Assembly: GCA_964016885.1 (NCBI GenBank)
Contig: OZ024765.1
Coordinates: 10,788,001 to 10,852,000, forward strand
Reading direction: 5' to 3'
DNA: 64,000 nt
DNA from: Eledone cirrhosa
Taxonomy: Eukaryota
The notes under the pieces were generated by a model that made no database searches, had not been told where the DNA came from, and was given only the letters and a program-made list of their open reading frames with translations. This document shows positions 58,336 to 64,000 of the stretch, piece by piece. Made by a program: the position numbers and the translations under genes. Positions within the stretch are counted from its first letter, which is position 1. Each line of letters opens with the position of its first letter.

Positions 58336-59369
58336 AAATGAAAATGAAATGAAAAATGGCTTCTACAATACTAGAACTATTTCATTAGGCTTTTCTGATG
58401 ATTTCCTTCGAATGAAACAGTTCTAGTCCTGTAGAAGCTATTTCTATATTAAATATTTATACTCTGCTATGTATTGAGTACCTTACTTACTGTGGTTACT
58501 CCCGATTGAACCCGAGATACATATATATTATATATATATATATATATATAAGTTGAAGGGACTAGGATAAGTTTCACTGCTGGTACCGGTGGCATCTCAG
58601 CGTACTCAATAGGTAAAGTTATGTAAAAATCCCAGAGTAGACACATAGTTATTTGCTTCAATACAACACACGTTGAATGGGTACCATAAATCTACACCCA
58701 TACTCAAGTTTCAGCCACAATTAATGCAGCAATAGAGTGCACAGCATCAACTGTCTGCATTTACTATGCAATAATGCACAATTGGCACATGTGGCTTCAT
58801 CAATGGGTTTCACCTAATCAATAACCAATTGATCGACAGAATATCGATTCCAGTCCGTGTCGGCTATGGCAGGTAATATATATATATATGAGTGGCGGTT
58901 GAATGTTCATAGGCTGACCAAGATAATCTCATGGAATGACCAAATGAGGTTTATTTTTCAACATGCAAGATTTCACAGCCCTAGCATCACTCCTTCATAG
59001 GCTGACCAAGATACTCTCATGGAATGACCAAATGAGGTTTATTTTTCAACATAGTCCCTGGAAAGAAACAATGCAGTTATTAATAACAACAGTGGAGATT
59101 AATGCTTGCAAGATTTCACAGCTCTAGCATCACTCCTTCATTGTTAGCCTATGTACATATATATATCAAAGGTATATATTGAGTTAGAAACTCAAAATAG
59201 TCTCTTACAATTAAATAGCTCAAGGAAAGAAGCTTTTCTGAGCTGTGTAATATAATTGAATATAAAAGAGAAAAACACAGATATAAACATGTGTTCAAAT
59301 TGTAAGGGACCAAATTTAAACACACATATGTTTATATCTGTGTTTATCTCTCTTTTATATTCAATTATA

Positions 59370-59812
59370 TCATCATCATCACCGTTTTACGTCCGTTCTT
59401 CCACGCCAGCATGGGTTAGATGGGTTGTCCTGTTGTGGGCAGTGTCTTGCTCATACGGGAACTGATTCTGGCTTGCTTTCTACAGCTGGATGCCCTTCCT
59501 AACACCAACCTCATTTACACTGAGTGCTGGGTGCTTTTTTTCCGTGGCACCTCCACGTCCACTTTACAGTGTGGGCTGGGTGTTTTTTTGCCGTGGCGCC
59601 TCCACGTCCACTTTACAGTGTGGGCTGGGTGTTTTTTTGCCGTGGCGCCTCCACGACCACTTTGCAGTGGAATGATAGGGACCCCAGTCCCTATCATCTC
59701 ATTTCTACAGCTGAGTAAACTGGAGCAATGTGAAATAAAGTGTCTTGCTCAAGAAACCAACATATCACCCGGTCTGAGAATTGAACTCACAAACTTTTGA
59801 TTGCAAGCCCAA
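59370..59812 (-). mobile_element. SINE family 2, inverted, with an internal segment of about 50 bp tandemly repeated
   Basis: Reverse complement of family 2. gctgggtgtttttttgccgtggcgcctccacg occurs three times. Confidence 0.75.
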
Positions 59813-59859
59813 TATATATAAATTTATTTTTTTTGACAATCATGCCTCTTCCATGAAAT

Positions 59860-60046
59860 CAGAATTGGTAGAACATTGGAGAAAAGGCTTAGCTCTGACT
59901 CTTTAACGTGCTGAGTTCAAATCCTGCTGAGGTTAACTTTGCCTTTCATCCTTGCGGGTTGATAAAATAAAGCACCAGTAATGCACTGGGGGTAATTGCT
60001 GGCCTTGTGCCAAAAGTAGAAACAATTATTATTATTATTATTATTA

Positions 60047-60080
<34 letters not shown>

Positions 60081-60552
60081 CAAGGGCGGTGACTTGGTAG
60101 AATCGTTAGAGGGTCTGACGCCATGCTTTGCAGCATGGAGTTGCGGCCCTTTCCATTCTCAGTTCGAGTCCCGCCGAGGTTGACTTTGCCTTTCATCCTT
60201 GCGGGGTCGATAAAATAAAGTACCAGTAATGCACTGGATTAATTGCTGGCCTTGTGCCAAAAGTAGAAACAGTTATTATTATCATTGTTGTTATTATTAT
60301 TATTACTATTATTAAAGCCCGGTGAATTGGCAGAATCGGTAGAGGGTCGGACGCCATGCTTTCCAGCATAGTTACGCCCCTTTACGATCTGAGTTCAAAT
60401 CCGGGCGAGGTTAACTTTGCCCTTCATCCTTACGAGGTCGATAAAATAAAGTACCAGTAATGTACTGGGTAAGTGCTGGCCTTGTGCCTAAAATAGAAAA
60501 AAAAAAAAAAAAAAATTATTACTTTTATTATTATTATTATTACTATTATTAC

Positions 60553-60597
<45 letters not shown>

Positions 60598-60600
60598 TAT
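59860..60600 (+). mobile_element. Cluster of three SINE family 1 copies with long (ATT)n tails just upstream of the last exon
   Basis: Three A-box/B-box units in tandem. Confidence 0.8.
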
Positions 60601-60668
60601 TCCTTTCATTCTTAACCTTCTTGGAAACCTGCAATGTTTTTTAATCTATCTTTACCATGCAATCTCAG

Positions 60669-60944
60669 TCCATACGGAGTTAGAAGACCTTCTAGATCCA
60701 CTGGAAGCTCTCGATCCGCTGGCTCCGATTCGACCCGTAAGCCCAGCGTTTGCTCGGCCAGTCAGCCCGGCTATTGTCCCTCCTGCGAGTCCAGCCTTCA
60801 ATCGGCCGGTCAGTCCAGCGACCGGTGGTGTTGTCGCTACCGCCGCCTCAGTTGTCAACGCTCCGGTCAGTCCGTCTGCTACTGCTTTCAATCCGCCAGC
60901 CAGCCCTTCGGCCTCGTGCTTCAAACCTCCGGCAAGCCCATCAG
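60669..60944 (+). CDS. PICALM: AP180/PICALM tail exon: (V)HTELEDLLDPLEALDPLAPIRPVSPAFARPVSPAIVPPASPAFNRPVSPA...KPPASPS
   Basis: aatctcag acceptor, gtctgt donor, 276 nt, phase 1 to 1, GC-rich, open frame with a DLL motif. This frame is not shown in the ORF track. Confidence 0.85.
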
Positions 60945-61567
60945 GTCTGTGCTGATTAAACGTTGGGATGCACTCCCTCATGTATAGTAGTCTTCCTTCA
61001 AAAAAAAAAAAAAAAAAAAATATTATTAGATATTTATCCTTCGTTTTCCTTCCTCTTTCATTGCTTCATTTTCATTATAGTTGGCACAAGGCCAGCAAAT
61101 TTGTGAGAAGGTCAGAGTTTATTAAATGAACCCCAGTATATGACTGGTTACAGATGGTCACTTTGGCAGAGTTGTTAAAGTGTTGGATATGTTCTAGGTC
61201 TCTGCATTCTGAGTTCAAATCCTACTGAGTTCCACTTTGCCTTTCATCCTTTCGGGGTTAATAAAGAAAAAAAAAACCAACACAATACTGGTGCTGCCCC
61301 CTCTTTCTCTCTATCCTTACACCTATCACATTCTGGATGTTCTGCTGGCTCAAAGCTGGGAGGGTAGAGAGGGCATCTGTACCTGCCAAGGTACACTTTG
61401 CCTTTCAGCCTTCCAGGGAGATAAAGTACTGGTGTTGCAGCAGTCCTCTCTCTCCTGGATGTCACACTGGATCAAAGAACGGAGGTTGGAGAGGTTGTCT
61501 CTGTCTACCAAAGTACACTTTGCCTTTAAACCTTCCAGGGAGATAAAGCACTGGTGCTGCAGCAGTC

Positions 61568-61598
<31 letters not shown>

Positions 61599-63342
61599 CT
61601 GGATGTTACACTGGATCAAAGAATGGAGGTTTGGAAAGGATGTCTCTGTCTACCAAAGTAGTCTTTGCTTGTCAACCTTCCAGGGAGATAAAGAACTGGT
61701 TCAATGCTGGTGCTGTTCTCTCTTTCTCTCTCTCCTTAGAACTATCACATCCTTGGTGTCCTGCAGGATCAAAGCTAAAAAGTTGGAGAGGGTGTCTGTC
61801 TACTGAGGTCCATTTTTGCCTTTCAATCTTTTGGGGGTTGATAAAGAAAGTACCAGCCCAGTACAAACCCCTCTCTCTCTATTTCGCTCAACTCCAGCTG
61901 TTAGATCCTGAATGTCAGACTGGATAAAAGGTGGGAGGTTGGTGAGAGTGTCTGTGTTTGCTGAGGTCTGTTTTGCCTTTCAACCTTCCAGACTTGACAA
62001 AGAAAGTACCAGCCCAGTAATAGTACAAACCTCTCTATCTCCTTACAGTTATCACATCCTGGATGGCCCACTTATATCAAAAATGGGAGGGAGCTTTGAT
62101 ACAATGTCTATGTTTGCTCACGACTGCATGGACACCTAAACCCCCCCCCCCTTTTTTTTTTCTCTTTTTTTTTTTTACCAGAGAAAGCTCAGTACATTCT
62201 ACCAAGTCACGCTCGATTACAAATGAGGGCTGCTGTCGTGATAGTTACTCGATTGGTACTTTATTTTATTTTATTGGCCAGGGCCAATAAAATAAAATGA
62301 AGTACCAGGCAAATACTGGGGATTGATTTAATCAAATTTGGCTCTTCTCAAAATTTTGCTGGCCTTGAGTCTGTTAGAAACCATTTTTATTCCTATTCTT
62401 CTTATTATTATTTTGCCCCTTCCTCCTCTTTATTTATCTTTTTAGTAATTGCTGTAATTTTCTCACCTTTGGTGCATTTTTATATAGTTGTTTTATTTCC
62501 CTTAGTAGATTACTTATTGTCTTCTTTCTTATTTTTTTAACCTATTTTCTTTATCTGAGATCAAAGTTGTGTCTTGTCTGCAACCATTTTTGTTGTATAA
62601 TTTCCTTATTTTTCAATTTCCACTTTCCACTGCAATATACCTGTATATCTGTATATACCTTTTTTTACCTGTGTGTATAAATGTACATATATATATATCT
62701 ATGTATATATATATATGTATGAGTGTGTATATACATACATATATATTAATATATTTTATTTATATATATTATGTATATATATATATATATATTATGTATA
62801 TATATATATATGTGTGTGTGTGTGTATATATATATTAATATATTTTATTTATATATATTATATATACATACATATATATATATGTATGTGTATATATATC
62901 TATATATTAATATATTTTATTGATATATATATTATATTATATATTTATATATTATATATATACACATACCAGTACACCTGTACACACTAAAGCAAGCAAG
63001 CATGGTAATTAGTACCTGTATCTTCATAGATTAGAATCCCCTGTCACAATTCCATTCCTCATGTATATGTTTGTGTATATATATATGTATATACTCATAC
63101 ATATATCTAATTGTATGTGTGTATGTGTATATATAAATGTTTGTATGTATATTTTAAATGATATACACACACACACATATATATATACATATATATATGT
63201 ATAATGTATATATGCCTGAAAATATACAGGCAAAATGTATACACACTTCAACAGCATTCTAATCTAACTGTGTATATATATTTTAGTGACTCCCTGTATA
63301 TATGTGTGTGTGTGTGTGTGTATATCATTAAAAATATGCACA

Positions 63343-63410
<68 letters not shown>

Positions 63411-63958
63411 TACATATCTAATTGTATGTGTGTGTGTGTATATATATATCTAGATATATATATACATATACATACATAGGTATATATCTAATTGTATGTG
63501 TGTATATATATATCTAGATATATATATATACATATACATACATAGATATATATCTAATTGTATGTGTGTGTGTGTGTATATATATATATATTCATACACA
63601 TACATAGATATATATATATACACATACAGATGTATACACATTATCAACATATATTCCTATAGATTTGTCTCTTTGGTGTTGTTTTCTTTCTCTTTTGCCA
63701 TTAAATTATTGTATGGAATATATTGATTGCTTATTGATCTATTGATTATTTATTGATCTGTTGGCTATTATTGATCTGATTGATATATTGTTGTTAAATG
63801 ATCACAACAGAACAGGTAAGACAACCACCTGTATTTGTTAACCCTCTACCTGTATGTGTATATATATTTGTGTATGTATGTGTGTATATGTATGTGTGTG
63901 TATGTATGTGTGTGTATTTGTGTATGTGTGTGTATATATATATATGTGTATATATAAA

Positions 63959-63996
<38 letters not shown>

Positions 63997-64000
63997 GTGT

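Noticed and set aside
60652-60981. Antisense and alternative-frame ORFs over the last exon (also 33814-34092)
   Set aside because: Shadows of a GC-rich repetitive coding exon. The phase-consistent + frame explains the region.

Overview
AT-rich, microsatellite-dense eukaryotic (metazoan) genomic DNA. The repeat content suggests a cephalopod, possibly an octopod, but that is inference. The window lies entirely inside one + strand gene, an AP180/PICALM (SNAP91/lap/unc-11 family) clathrin-assembly protein. Eight GT-AG exons join in consistent phase (260-366, 1263-1304, 2532-2611, 5960-6083, 33853-34162, 42571-42639, 49982-50080, 60669-60944), covering the end of the ANTH domain and the disordered DLL/NPF tail. 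There are also two in-frame microexon candidates (6 nt and 24 nt). Almost all long ORFs in the supplied track are (TA/TG)n artefacts. The introns contain tRNA-derived SINEs, RTE and Dong/R4-type LINE fragments, piggyBac/hAT/Tc1-mariner MITEs and many minisatellites. The most striking unannotated signal is a set of short non-coding elements, mostly embedded in (TA)n and often with inverted arms, that carry minimal type-I hammerhead ribozyme motifs (CUGANGA...GAAA-palindrome-UH). There are at least 5 well-formed and several decayed copies from several sequence families, resembling Penelope-type or retrozyme-like non-autonomous elements. The best-preserved copies are all antisense to the host gene. 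All coordinates and folds were read by eye; no searches were run.
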